A DNA stretch of 63,161 bases, filler included, from Hyphochytrium catenoides (GCA_900088475.1; 9 parts of 9 records of this genome joined end to end with filler, not necessarily neighbours in it); one strand, 5' to 3'; shown: positions 11,535 through 23,299, counted from the first letter of the whole stretch. Notes: a model not told the origin generated them from the letters alone. Program-made: numbers and translations.

Positions 11535-14010
11535 NNNNNNNNNNNNNNNNNNNNNNNNNNNNNNNNNNNNNNNNNNNNTTAATTAATTAANNNNNNNNNN
11601 NNNNNNNNNNNNNNNNNNNNNNNNNNNNNNNNNNCAGGCGCTCCCATATCTACTACAAGTCTATTTAGTATATATATACAAACAGCCCATAAGTAAATGA
11701 TAGGAAGGTCAATGCAGAAATGTTCGGAGGAGGAGGTGTCAGTATATATTGGATACCCCTGGTGGTGGTGAACTAATTCTTGGTGTTTCATCACTTTTTT
11801 GCTACATCATCATAGCTAGGTGGTCCTGTTGCTGTCCATCGGCCCTTGGTGCTGAATATGAGACCATAAAGTCCTAAATACCTTTCTCGTTCAAGATCTT
11901 GAAGCAGCTTCCCTGTTCTTAGCAGAAATAAAACGTACTGAATCGGACCCTTTTCTCTAAGATTTTCCTTATTCTGGATGTGCCAAAGTAATACTTGGCT
12001 GCTCGCCGCCACGTACTAACACAATATATTGCTCACCTTCAGAGAAAGGACCGTGGTCACGAAAGCAAGCTACCTCCGCCTTCACCGTAATATCCTTGGC
12101 TGCTTCTTGACGTCGTCAAGCTGATCCTTGTGTTCTGATAAAGTTGGGTCGTCAAATGTCCTCGTCGCTGCTCGTCCCCCGCACGCACCCCCTCTGTCCA
12201 TCCCCTTAAATGCCGGTTCTTGGGACAGTGTTAAAAAGGAACATCTCATCATAAGAAGAATGGCTCTGCAGCGCACAGCACTTCCCAAACAAATGTTTTG
12301 GAGGTAAGATTGGTTTGTCTTTGGTTTACCCCCATGCCCTCGAGATATCCAGAGAAGGACAATTTTTACGACGATGTTTTGTTTTGTTTTTCGAATAACA
12401 GTAATAATCCGGAACTGGTGATAGCCTTAGCTGTTGGAAGTGGTTAGGGTATTGAATATCTGCTCTAGCCTGCTGGCTACTACCAGAATAAGACGAAGAA
12501 AGTTTAAAGTGCCTGTGAAGTTTTTGGTTTGGACCAGAGGCTATTAGTGTCTTTTGTATCTGAAGATATTTCCGATTAGCTCCAAATGTACTCTACTCGG
12601 GGAACTTCTGTCTTTCCAGCTGGTGAGGGATTTTATCCTTCTGAAGCCCCCCTAGTTCTTCCCTTAATAGGAGTTCTCTCATGGGTTGATATCAATCATA
12701 TCTAGAGCTTCCTCTGTCGTCAGCACAGGCGAGTACGAGCTACATGAACAGATGACGAATAGAGCAGCTTGATTATTTTATTGATATTGAAATTATCTCA
12801 ATCAGAGAGGTCTGTCTATCTATCATCGCCAGATGTTCACCATCTTCGTCCCAACCCTTCTCACTATCTCTGTGCTTTCTGAAATAGCTTTAGAATTAAA
12901 AGCACGCTTGCAGTACGGCTTCCGTGTGTGGCTGTTAGAGCAATAGTAGTACATGTGAACTATAGAAGGGTGGCCACCCACAACAACCCCTTATACCTCG
13001 CCTTGTTTGGTAAAATGTGTTATGGTAAAGAAGTCCTCATTGCAATGGACGGACCCATCGTGCAGAACTATGTTGGGAATTNNNNNNNNNNNNNNNNNNN
13101 NNNNNNNNNNNNNNNNNNNNNNNNNNNNNNNNNNNNNNNNNNNNNNNNNNNNNNNNNNNNNNNNNNNNNNNNNNNNNNNNNNNNNNNNNNNNNNNNNNNN
13201 NNNNNNNNNNNNNNNNNNNNNNNNNNNNNNNNNNNNNNNNNNNNNNNNNNNNNNNNNNNNNNNNNNTGGCCACCCACAACAACCCCTTATACCTCGCCTT
13301 GTTTGGTAAAATGTGTTATGGTAACGAAGATAGTAGGGGGAGTAGAAGGACTACCTTTAACGACCATTCTAGTGATACCACACTAACAGGTTGTTCTCTC
13401 CTGTCATGATAATCGACATCATTATTATGTCGTTCACCCATAATAAAGGAAATTCTTTCTTCACTCTACCTGGAAAAATATTGTGTACGTAGAAAGCAAA
13501 CGAGCAACAAAGCAATGACATAACAGGCAGAGACCAGACCTTTTAAAAAGTGCTCCTCTTAGAATTCATGAAATTTGGAGACAAGAATTCATGAAATTTG
13601 GACACAGTTCATTGTTGACTGGAACAGCGATAGACTCCATCCAATTTATCAAAAATACCACCATAAGCTAGAATTCACCTTCTGCAGTTATTAGCTATCT
13701 TGCTCACCGAGACAGAGTTCTGCTGTGTCTGTTGGGGCCTCCTCTCTCTTTAGACTATTAGTTACTAATACTGGAAGATCGAGGGATATACCTATCGGTC
13801 CGTGGCCTCGGAGTCATGAATAGCTCAAAGTTCATTGCATCTTCTCCCTCTTCTATTGAAAGTGTAGAGAGTAAGACACGACCAGGTGCGCCTTCGCTGC
13901 TTCTGTCGGTCTGTCAAAAGGTTCCAGCTGGTCGATACTAGAGGCAACGAATACAACAAAATCTCTCCTTACTGCTCTCGTGGAGACAAAAGAAGAGCAG
14001 GTCTTCTAGC

Positions 14011-14110
14011 GTATTAATACCTTACTCGGCTTCGCCTGGCGCTCGCTCGGAGTAATAGGGCGTAATCCAACCTTCGGATGCATTATTATTGGAAGATACT
14101 TGGGTCGCTG
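14011..14110. repeat. Dispersed multi-hairpin element, copy 2
   Basis: TTACTC[GGC-TTC-GCC..GCGCTCGCTC]G-GAGTAA then TAATCCAACC-TTC-GGATGCATTA and TGGAAGATACTTGG; homologous to 9804-9905. Confidence 0.7.
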
Positions 14111-14900
14111 GCGTCTGTTTGACAGGATTTTGATCATTAGGTAGGCACACCACTATCTCTACTCGTTCGCCCTTCCTACAGTAGCGAGTTGACGGGATAA
14201 TACTGTTAGATTTGTATGGGATGATTCGACTACGTCTTTAGATGAGAGTGCTCTACTTATAAGCCCAGCTGGGGTCCCACATCTAGAGCTATTCTGACTA
14301 TGCCAACTATTCCAAATAAACCCTAAGAAATTCAGTCATAGAGATATCCTTGTCCAGAACAGTAAGTCCTGAAGGTATTCCGGGGTACTGACCATAATCC
14401 ATAGCTATAACCAGTGACATTTCGTTTGCTTCATATCTCGCTTTCGATTAGGAGTTTTGAGCTGGAACTTGGGTAGCTAAGCTTGCCAGCTTGTAGTCCA
14501 CATAGCTGTCCCCTCAGATTCCAACAAATACTTCTTACTATTACTTGTTGCGGGATATGTCACCTCATCGTCAGCTCCTATAGCTAAAAACAGGACCTAG
14601 GTTAAAGCGTCTCAGTTATAAAGTGATACGTCGCGCTTTCGCTCGATGAGGACTAACAATAGGTTTTCTAGCTGCATCACAAAATAGCGATTTGATGACG
14701 TGCCACCTTCTTGTATTGTAAGATTCTGCTTTGCTCAAAGACAAATACAACAGACCGACAGACACTACGCAGACAACTCCAGCAAAATTTGATGGGTCTG
14801 GAAGCTGTTCTGGACTGGTTTAAATTCCCAGAATGCACGGGTTGTGTCTCAGTTCTATAGTGATACGTCTCGCGTTACAAACTTGATTTGCCTTCATAAA

Positions 14901-15520
14901 CCTTTGAGCAAAGGACTTTGTTAGGAGGAGGATGGGACGAGGCACAGACTGATCGGAAGAGCATCAACAGAGATAAAATCATGCACTCAATTGACAGTAA
15001 TCATCATCAAGTCCCTTTGTTATATGCTCATCTAGACAGAGCTTCAGACATCATCAACATCTACCTCTGCTAAAATTTATCAGGGACTGCATTATTGATG
15101 TAAGCTCTGAGGTGATGGCGGCTAGTCATTCTATGGAATGAGGTCCCAGCAGAGTCCGTCGCGTACTTCTTTTGGTTCAGAGATATGCAGAAGAGAGCCT
15201 GACCCTATTGGAAAAGAGAGAGAGTCTTCCTGTGGCAGTCTACGGAGTGAATATGAGGTGGTAAGCCGTCGACTTTTTTAGGCAGGCTGTCATCCTCCCA
15301 TTCCACATAGGATAGTCTTCCTCCCTGCCTTGTAAATTGTGATTAATTTTAGCAGAGGTGGATGTTGATGATGTCCGACGCTCCTTTTAGATGAGCATAT
15401 AACAAAGGAACTTGATGATGATTATGTGTCAATTGACTGAATGAAAGTCTCCCTTGGTGCTCCGGCGATCAATCTGCGCCTCGTCCCATCCTCCTGCCAA
15501 CAAAGTTCTTTGCTCAAAAG
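14901..15520. repeat. Foldback: diverged inverted repeat, arms ~14901-15082 and ~15340-15520, spacer ~257 bp
   Basis: Examples: CATCATCAAGTCCCTTTGTTATATGCTCATCTA vs TAGATGAGCATATAACAAAGGAACTTGATGATG; GGAGGATGGGACGAGGC vs GCCTCGTCCCATCCTCC. Confidence 0.88.
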
Positions 15521-15654
15521 AAGAGGCCAGGGAATTCTCCTCACATCTCTCGCTCTCCACCCCTAACACACTTTTACCGGTAACGACTACGCTTCTGAGA
15601 GCTAGGTGTGTATAGGGAGTGACTACTTGGAACAATCATTGTATCACTGAGCAA

Positions 15655-16160
15655 ATGCCGACACCCTAACCAATATGCACCATACACCAAACGTACACTT
15701 TACCTAATCTCCGTTTTGTTTATAGGCAGGACTTTTCCCTCTGCGTCGTCCGCTGAACCTTTTTGGTTTCAGCGTCGATCACAGTTCAATACTACCCCGG
15801 AATTTAGAGAACTCTGTAAGCTCTAGATTCAAATGGAACTGTGATGGTCATCCTTGGTCACAGAACCGAATGGCTCAATATACTGCCCACGCTAAATCGC
15901 TCGGAGCGTTAGATTTTATATCATTATTGGTGAGCACTTTGAATTAGTATTGGGGGTGTCTGAGTATATTGGAGAAAAGGTTTGTACGCTCCAGGATTCG
16001 AACCCAACCTCTGTATTTGATGCCGACACCCTAGCCCGTATGCACCATACACCAAACGTACAGTTCAACTAATCTCCGTCTTTTTTACATGCCAGGGGTT
16101 TTCCCTCTGCGTCGCCCGCTGTACAGTTTTTGGTGTTAGTGTCGATCATCACAGTTCAAC
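15655..16160. repeat. Direct repeat of ~135 bp (15655-15790 and 16020-16160)
   Basis: Shared ATGCCGACACCCTA..TATGCACCATACACCAAACGTACA..TTTTCCCTCTGCGTCG..TCACAGTTCAA. Confidence 0.85.
15981..16053 (-). pseudogene. tRNA-like sequence (tRNA pseudogene or SINE head)
   Basis: Minus strand reads GGTGTATGGTGCATACGGGCTAGG...GTTGGGTTCGAATCCTGG: box A-like and perfect box B at tRNA spacing. Acceptor and anticodon stems do not pair well. Confidence 0.5.
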
Positions 16161-18070
16161 AGCTTGCTTATTGATTATGCTTCTTTTATCTCTGTATTCA
16201 TGACAGATAAGAAGGTAGTAGGTCCTTGCTTCTTCTTTTGCTTCCTCTTCTTTCTTTCCAAAGAGTTACCCCTCTAAAGTTTCGTGATACTCTGGGAAAG
16301 TGACCAATAATCCTAAAACTCCGTAAATTCGGGTCGTTCAGAATTCTCTGATCTGGTTTCGAAAGCTTCTGCCTGAAAGCTTCGGTAACTTTTCAATAGT
16401 CCCAGTCTTGGAAAGTTTTTAAGGTGCTGGTCTAAGTTGAAGTTGCATCTGGAAAATGCTAGAAAGTGACTTGAACTTGGTTTAACTTTAGGGTTTAAGT
16501 TCTACTTGAAGTTTAGTCCTGGTTGAAGTGCAAAGTGAGTTGGTTACTTCTCTGGTCGAGACTTGGATGGTCTTCAATTCCTGGTCTGAATCTTGATCTG
16601 GATGTTGAAACTGGATCTTGATGTCAGCTGGATCTTCAGCGAATGATTTAAGCGACTGGAAATTGATATCTGGCTACTTTCTTATTCCGGGGACTGGTGC
16701 GTTCAGTTGTAAGTGTAAGGAATGGGACTGTGGTCTAAGGGGAAAATCTATTAATGAATATGANNNNNNNNNNNNNNNNNNNNNNNNNNNNNNNNNNNNN
16801 NNNNNNNTTAATTAATTAANNNNNNNNNNNNNNNNNNNNNNNNNNNNNNNNNNNNNNNNNNNNCTACAGCCTTACAAGGAACCTCATATTTCTTGAGCTT
16901 CGCCTTCTCAGTTTTTTTCAGAATCCTAAATATAGAAGACAGTTTAACAGGTGGATGGGTCAAAAAATCCACAGATCAACTAAGGCCTTCCTACTACTCC
17001 GTAGTAAAACTCAAGACCTACGCTTCTGCAGTATCGCTCTTCATCATCAGGATCATTGCAGTTAGACTTTTCGGCTGAAGGGGCCATGTAAGGGATGAGA
17101 GGCTGAGTTGAGTATACAGCCATCCCCCAGGCTCTAGTCAGTGGGCCTGGTCAGAATGCACTAGCGTGCTCTGAGGAAGGCAATGAACAGTCTATTTTTC
17201 CTATCCCATAGCCCTCCTCTCGACCACTGGACGGAAGAACCTTACATGGTGCATTCCTACTCCTAGTAGTACAAGTAGTGTTTGCCAAATATAGATGTTC
17301 TGGATATTCCAAGTGTGGCAGCCCCAATCTTGCTTGCCAAAGTACTGTAGGAAGAGCTTGGCACGAGAATGGAACGGTCATAGTTCCGCCTACCCTCAGG
17401 GTTCATTTCAGCTACAAATCCCCTTATTACAGTATTTTTATAAAGGGAGCCGAACGGCCAAAGGTTCTCATAAGATAGTAGGGTACTCCGTGGTAAATAA
17501 CGGCCTATCTACCTCGGAGTATTTATTAGGGGGAGCTCATTTGGCAGGAGGAACGGTAAGATTATTGTTTACAATACAGATACCACCTTTATGTCCGTCC
17601 TCATACCAAAATGCGGGACGAAGAAGAGACCAAGAGCATTCCATTCCTTACACGGAAAAAAGATGAAGGTGGGCCAGGAGAACGCGTTGAAGAGTCCAGG
17701 TTTCGGTAGCTCTTGTCTCCTCCTCTTCTTCTTCTTCCTCTGCTGCTGCTTCTTCTTTTCCCCTCCTCTTTCTTCTTCTTCTTCTACTACTTCTTCATCA
17801 TTAGTCATAGTAGTATGATCCTCTTTACTAAAATAAAGTTATAAGCAGTAGGACGAGGAGGAAGGAGCTCTGCACCAAATAGCCAACAGGCCCAGAGATA
17901 TTTCTAAGTAAAGGCCCGTCATTGTAAGAAACTTCATGCAACAATGCGCTCCGTTGATAACGCATTATCTTAGATGAGAAGGCTTCTCCCCCCGTCCATC
18001 ATCCAGATTCCTGTTGTTGGTCGGAGGAGGTTATTACAAAGGTAGTTTATTGCTGGTGGGAAGAAGGACA

Positions 18071-18154
18071 TCACTCTACGTGTAAGAATTGGTTCAAATC
18101 CTTTCTTTGCGGTCCAGCAGCACCGGATTGTCAATTCTTACACGTGTGCTGTGA
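18071..18154. other. Stem-loop with perfect 14-bp stem (18078-18091 / 18132-18145), ~130 bp upstream of the RING-TRAF gene
   Basis: ACGTGTAAGAATTG ... CAATTCTTACACGT; outer TCAC/GTGA pairing; box B-like GGTTCAAATCC at the start of the loop. Confidence 0.65.
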
Positions 18155-18281
18155 GAGGATATCGCAGTGGCATGAAAACAAGATATGAGGGTGGTGTAGA
18201 GCCACCAATCCACAAGCAATCACTTCAGAAATTCCCAGACGGTGATCATCATTCTACTACGTCGTCTTCTTCCAGCTACTG

Positions 18282-20849
18282 ATGTCGCTCAACCAACAGA
18301 CAGGTCTGGTGGAGGAGGAGGATTTATCTCCAGACTTCTTCCTGTACAGAACGCCGATCGCTGTTCCAGCAGTATTTGATGAGAAGACATTGTCAACTAC
18401 TCCAATAGCACGTAATAGTGCCATACATGATTTTGAATACTTCGAAAAGGATGAGAAAGAATACGATGAGTACAGGTGTATCATTTGTTACCGCCTGCCG
18501 TATGAGCCTCGAAGCATACCTGAATGCGGGCATCGTACCTTTTGTGAAAAGTGCATCAGAGAATGGTTTCAAAAAGAACGCCGTTGCCCATGTTGCAAGA
18601 AAGCCCCACTCTCCTGTGTGCTGGCGAAGCTTCCCCCAGAGATAGATTCTATATTAGACAACTTGGAGGTGAAGTGTCAAACTAGCGGTTCTGTCGTCAA
18701 GAGGCGAGAACTTCAGGATCATCTCAAGTCCTACCTTAAGTGCTGCCCAGTGCCGTGTAGGAATAAATGTGGCCGACATCTCTCCCCCAGCAAGCTTAGT
18801 TCTCATTACAGCGATGAGTGCCCAAATGCAGCGGTGACCTGTCCTCGGATCAAACTTGGACTTTGCACATGGACAGGAATGAGGAAAGAGTTTGAATCTC
18901 ATATTGCAATATGCAGATCTATTCCACTAGATGCTACGCTTTACCGATACATGAAGAGCAACGATACCCTGAAGCGGAAGGTGGAACGCCTGAATGGTCT
19001 GGAAAGCACAGTCCTTGCTTTGCAGGACAGTCTGCATAAGTATGACGACTACAAAAAGGCCAACGATGCCCTTACCTTGAAGGTGGAACGCCTGATTGGT
19101 CTGGAAAGCACAGTCCTTGCTTTGCAGGACAGTCTGCATAAGTATGAAGTCGACTACAAAAAGACCAACGATGCCCTGAAGTTGAACGTTGAACGCCTGA
19201 CTTGTCTGGAAGGCACAGTCAGTGCTATGAAGGATCGTCTGAATAAGTATGAAGTAGATTCCAAGCGGTTGCAGACACAGCTAGAAGTCTTGGAAGTTAC
19301 CTGTCAAAACTTGAAGAAGGGAGACGTTGAGGAGCCAGATAACCAAGGGAAAGTGGATTTTCATTTGAGCTCCTCCTCCACTGATGACGACAAGTCTCAA
19401 GCACCATCAGCCCTGCCAAATAGTAGTCAGAAGGATGGCGATGATACTTCACCACCTGATATTCAGAAGCTCCAACTCCATTGCAACAATCCCCATAGTG
19501 AGGCGAGCTCTTCTGATACCATAACAACGGCAACTCCTACTACTACTACCGACACCGCGAACGGCTCAGGAGTTGACTCTAAAAAAGAATGTCACGAAGA
19601 TGCTGGTCACCAGCGTAATATTGAGAGAGTAAAGCTGGATTGGGAGACGTTGCATACATACACGATCGACGGGCCGCATATCAGAGGGAATATTGTGAAT
19701 ACCCTTGTCCTCACGGACAAGGACATTTACTACTACGACGACTCGTGGGACGTGACAAGACAAGACCTAAAGGACCCTTTGTTGAAGTCAACCAGCACAA
19801 GACAGCAGAAGAAAGACAACACTTCTTGGTGGCTAGTCATGATTCCAAAAGATCGTGGTACTTTGCTTCATGTGGAATGCAGAAGTCAATACTACCACCA
19901 AGAAAGGACTTTTGCAGCCGAGCTGACATTGCGAAAGATGGATTCCTTGACTCTGGTACTCAAGGAGGAACGGGTACTCCGCATTCCTCACACGGTGGAT
20001 AGTTTTGGTTTGCGCCCAAGAATCGAGATCATTGGTGATTGGATGATGATTCCAGGTGGAACAAAGCTGTTCTATCTCAACCTAAGTGATGCTTTGAGTA
20101 GTAGCCCCCGCTCATCTACCGCTGAGAGCACAACTCAACCTTTGATGCTGCCGCTATTTAAAGAGATGGATGGTAAAATTGAGGCTTTCGCAGGATCATC
20201 GGATGGCTCTCTCATAGCGGCTTTGGCAGGAGAACAGCTGACTGTCTGGGATACCACCTCCAGTGATGGCTGGATGGTGGTAAGCACATTAAGTTACCCA
20301 AAGACGGCCAGAAGCTCCCGAAGAACTGAACCTATATTATTTAACTTTGGAGAAAACGACAGCACTTCACAAGCAAGCTTTCCCACTTACTACTCCATCA
20401 TCAGGTCCATTACTTTGTATCTGTACCTCGTGCCTGCCGACGACCTGGTTCAGGATCTTCAATATCGTGTGATAGCGGTTGAGCAAGATGCACCCTCCTC
20501 CTTTTCACCATCAAATGGCACAGACCTGGTCACGATTTGGTTCATGCCCTCAAGTCAAATGTACCGCTTTGATCTGGGTTGTCGGTTGATGAACAACCAG
20601 GGAAGACTTCCACTTCTGCTGTGCGCTGATCAAGATTGTTTTATCATCATGGATAGAAAGCAGGCTTGCTTGGTCGATGCTAGAAATGGCTGTTGTGTCG
20701 TGGATACACCTCCATGTGTTCAGACCGGAAGAGGGATTATCTCCTCCTTGGATCTCAAAACAATCTGCATTTGTAGTGCAGCGGGTGATAAGCTAACCTG
20801 CTATGACCTTTCGGGACTTAGCATTGTACCACTAATCTCATCATCATAA
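18282..20849 (+). CDS. RING (C3HC4) + TRAF-type zinc fingers + coiled coil + divergent beta-rich (propeller-like) C-terminus; putative E3 ubiquitin ligase; intronless, 855 aa
   Basis: CIIC...PECGHRTFCEKC...CPCC RING; LDNLEVKC...LQDHL; CPVPCRNKCG...HYSDECP; CPRIKLGLCTWTG.R..FESHIAIC; WD-like LTVWD. Confidence 0.9.
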   Translation: MSLNQQTGLVEEEDLSPDFFLYRTPIAVPAVFDEKTLSTTPIARNSAIHDFEYFEKDEKEYDEYRCIICYRLPYEPRSIPECGHRTFCEKCIREWFQKERRCPCCKKAPLSCVLAKLPPEIDSILDNLEVKCQTSGSVVKRRELQDHLKSYLKCCPVPCRNKCGRHLSPSKLSSHYSDECPNAAVTCPRIKLGLCTWTGMRKEFESHIAICRSIPLDATLYRYMKSNDTLKRKVERLNGLESTVLALQDSLHKYDDYKKANDALTLKVERLIGLESTVLALQDSLHKYEVDYKKTNDALKLNVERLTCLEGTVSAMKDRLNKYEVDSKRLQTQLEVLEVTCQNLKKGDVEEPDNQGKVDFHLSSSSTDDDKSQAPSALPNSSQKDGDDTSPPDIQKLQLHCNNPHSEASSSDTITTATPTTTTDTANGSGVDSKKECHEDAGHQRNIERVKLDWETLHTYTIDGPHIRGNIVNTLVLTDKDIYYYDDSWDVTRQDLKDPLLKSTSTRQQKKDNTSWWLVMIPKDRGTLLHVECRSQYYHQERTFAAELTLRKMDSLTLVLKEERVLRIPHTVDSFGLRPRIEIIGDWMMIPGGTKLFYLNLSDALSSSPRSSTAESTTQPLMLPLFKEMDGKIEAFAGSSDGSLIAALAGEQLTVWDTTSSDGWMVVSTLSYPKTARSSRRTEPILFNFGENDSTSQASFPTYYSIIRSITLYLYLVPADDLVQDLQYRVIAVEQDAPSSFSPSNGTDLVTIWFMPSSQMYRFDLGCRLMNNQGRLPLLLCADQDCFIIMDRKQACLVDARNGCCVVDTPPCVQTGRGIISSLDLKTICICSAAGDKLTCYDLSGLSIVPLISSS
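18960..19265 (+). repeat. Intragenic tandem repeat, 3 units of 102-105 bp (34-35 aa, ~5 heptads), building the coiled coil
   Basis: NDTLKRKVERLNGLESTVLALQDSLHKY / NDALTLKVERLIGLESTVLALQDSLHKY / NDALKLNVERLTCLEGTVSAMKDRLNKY, starting at 18960, 19062 and 19167. Confidence 0.93.
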
Positions 20850-21054
20850 ATAAGAAAAGAAGGATTCCTTGTCCTATTTTCTTCCTTCACTAATTTCTTC
20901 AGGGATGTGTTTTACTACGTCATGAACTTTTTCTCGTTTCCTTCTTTACTTCTACTATTCATCAGTAAAAGAGAGAGAGAAGAAGACAAGGGAGGAGAGG
21001 ACGGAGATGAAAGAAAAAGAAAAAGAGAAGAAGAGGAGGAAGAAGAGATAAGAA

Positions 21055-21252
21055 AAGCTATAGATCTTTGGTCTCGTCCTCAGCTCGATCTGCTCCACAC
21101 TCATCATCAGTAAAAAAAAAGAAGAGTCATTGTTGATCTCCTCCGTGATAATAATGGAGGAGAAGAAGGAGGAGGTGGTGAACCACCAACAACCACAATG
21201 TCACCACCATCAAGCTCGACCGACGCAAGGCAAGCAAGCGAAGGGTGGTCCA
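21055..21252. repeat. Dispersed ~190-bp repeat family, copy (others at ~22985-23165, 57740-57932, 58327-58512 inverted, 59372-59570)
   Basis: Shared AAGCTA..TTGGTCTC..CACACTCATCATCAGT..GAAGAATCATAGTTGATCTCCTC..GGAGGAGGAGGTG..CGCAAGGCAAGCAAGCGAAGGG; each abuts a (GAA)n/(TTC)n tract. Confidence 0.8.
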
Positions 21253-21299
21253 GGCGGAGAAGAAGAGAAAGGCAAGGCAGGAAGAGGAAGAGAATGACA

Positions 21300-22330
21300 G
21301 TACCCTCCGCGTGTTTGCTCTTGAGAAATGGCAAGAGTTTCCTCCGAGGGAGTAGCAATGCCTTCGGACCCCAGGGCAGCCACAGCTTTGGCAACCAAGC
21401 CGTCTTACAGCCAGCTTGGACGCTCGCGGGACGTTTGACAGTAGAGAAGAGACCGAGGTAGCGGCCGGTAAAGTTGCAATTTGCTGGTTGGAAGGCAGAG
21501 ATGACGGTTGACAGGAGGCTCGTGTCTCGTCCCAATGTAGCAGATCGGAGTAGTAGTTTGGACAGACTGGCGTTCCTGGAGCCGCGATGTTTGTGAACCC
21601 AACCGCGGAATTTGGAGCGGCAAAGAACTGCTGTGGGGAAAAGGAGAAGCACAGATCAGGAGACCAGAGCGTTTCCAGTGGTGCAGGAGTGCGTAGAAGG
21701 GAGCCAAAGCAAACTGCACAATCGCTAAAGATCGAAGAATGGGATCTTGCGGATAGACCTGCAGAAAAGCTGGCAAATGTCCATAAGAGAAGGAAGAGGG
21801 GGCTCATGCAGCAGGGAGAGAAGAGGAACGGAGTAAGAAGAGGATTTTGAGAGAGGAGTGTTTTCTAAAGGAGAGGGAGCGAGGAAAGTGCTCCACGCCC
21901 GGAACCGCGGAAGAGACCAGAGAAGAGCGAAGAGGAGGAGGAGGAGGGAGCGAGGCTTCAGAGAGATACGATCCTGGATCGGGCAGAGGAGGAGTAGAGG
22001 AAGAGGCGATGATTGGGGGAAAGACGTCGCAGGAGAGAGATCCGGCCGAGCTCCATGGAATCGGGGGAAGTGACCCCGATCAGGTTTCGCCAGATTGACG
22101 GTGGTCTTGCAGGTCAGGATACACTCCTAACTCCCGCGCGGACAGAATTTGCGACCCTGTTGAGCCAAAAAGGAGGGGAGAGCAGGGTGAGAAGATTCAG
22201 AGCGGTGGAGCGGTGAACAGTTTACGAATGCTGGAGCAACATTCGATCGGCTGAGACGATGAGCGCACGTGGGGAGAGGACAAAGATGGGTTTGAGAGAG
22301 AGTGAACGGAGAAGGCACCGGGGCGCGGGC
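21300..22330 (-). mobile_element. Possible decayed 5' ORF region of a CRE-like non-LTR retrotransposon
   Basis: Frameshifted peptides HLCPLPTC...HPALPSFLAQQGRKFC (Zn-finger-like) and FSTVK/VPRASKLAV...ALLLPR resemble pre-RT regions of CRE-clade elements; no intact ORF. Confidence 0.3.
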
Positions 22331-23299
22331 CTGATTCCAGACGAGGCCGCCTTGGGACTACCAGCATCTAACTGTCTGTTGGGCGCTAGGAAGCTCGCTC
22401 GCCGCCAGAGGCAGGGAGGTCGTTGTTGTCAGGACCCGTGGATGATGCTGTGCCAGACATGGAAGCAGAGGCAGTGGGAGAGGAAGCAGGTGAAGAGGGC
22501 TGGGCCGACGGACGGGAAGGAGAAGGAATGGAGGGAGAAGAAGGTGGGGAAGCTGGGCGGTTAGAAGTAAGAGAGGAGGTTCAGGGCGAAGCAGGACCAG
22601 GGACTTCCTCTCAACTGAGGCCTGGAGTTCTCGGACACCACTGCTGAGGACAAAACCTTGGAGGCTTGGTCGACGGGTAAGGGTGGCTTGACGACTATAA
22701 CGGCGGATTAGAGAGGAGCGTACTTCAGACGGAAGGAGAGACGGAGGGCAGATCTAGTGGAGAGGAGTGGACAGGAAGCTTGAGCTGACCGACCACATCT
22801 TGTAGAAGGATAGAACTACTCTTTGCTGGAAGAAGGTAAAAGAAGACGAAGACGCAGAAGAAGAAGAAAATGAAGAAGCAGAAGAAAGTGAAGAGGAGAA
22901 GGAGAAGGAGGAGGAGGAGGAGAAGAAGACGAAGAAGGAGGAGAAGAGGAAGAAGGAGAAAAAAGAGAAGAACATGAAGAAGAGGCAAGAGCTACACAGG
23001 CTGGACTCTTCTCTTCAACACGCTCTCATCCTCCACCATCATCACCGGGAAAAGGAAGAAGAAGAATCATAGTTGAACTCTTCGGCAGTAAGAATAAGAG
23101 ACGGAGGAAGGAGGAGAAGAGGGCGTAGCGCAGAGACCATCCTCAATCATGCAACGAGCTTGACTTCTAAGAAAGTAGAGGAAGAAGTGAATAGTAGATG
23201 AGAGGAGGAGAGGAGGAGAACGATGGCCATTGGTATAGGTTGGGAAAGAAAGAAAGACTTCTAGTGTACAAAGTAAAAGTAGAAGAAGATGATAAGAGA

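Noticed and set aside
12971-13324. Exact ~58-bp direct repeat at 12971-13028 and 13267-13324
   Set aside because: Flanks a scaffold gap; most likely an assembly overlap artefact.
13561-13606. Short tandem duplications (23 bp x2 here; 36 bp x2 at ~44366-44440; 18 bp x3 at ~59503-59558)
   Set aside because: Ordinary slippage-type minisatellites with no further structure.
14330-17520. Possible DIRS/tyrosine-recombinase remnants (CPL.., SYKVIRRAFA, SIFGKHY fragments)
   Set aside because: Motifs are too short and broken to support without an HMM search.
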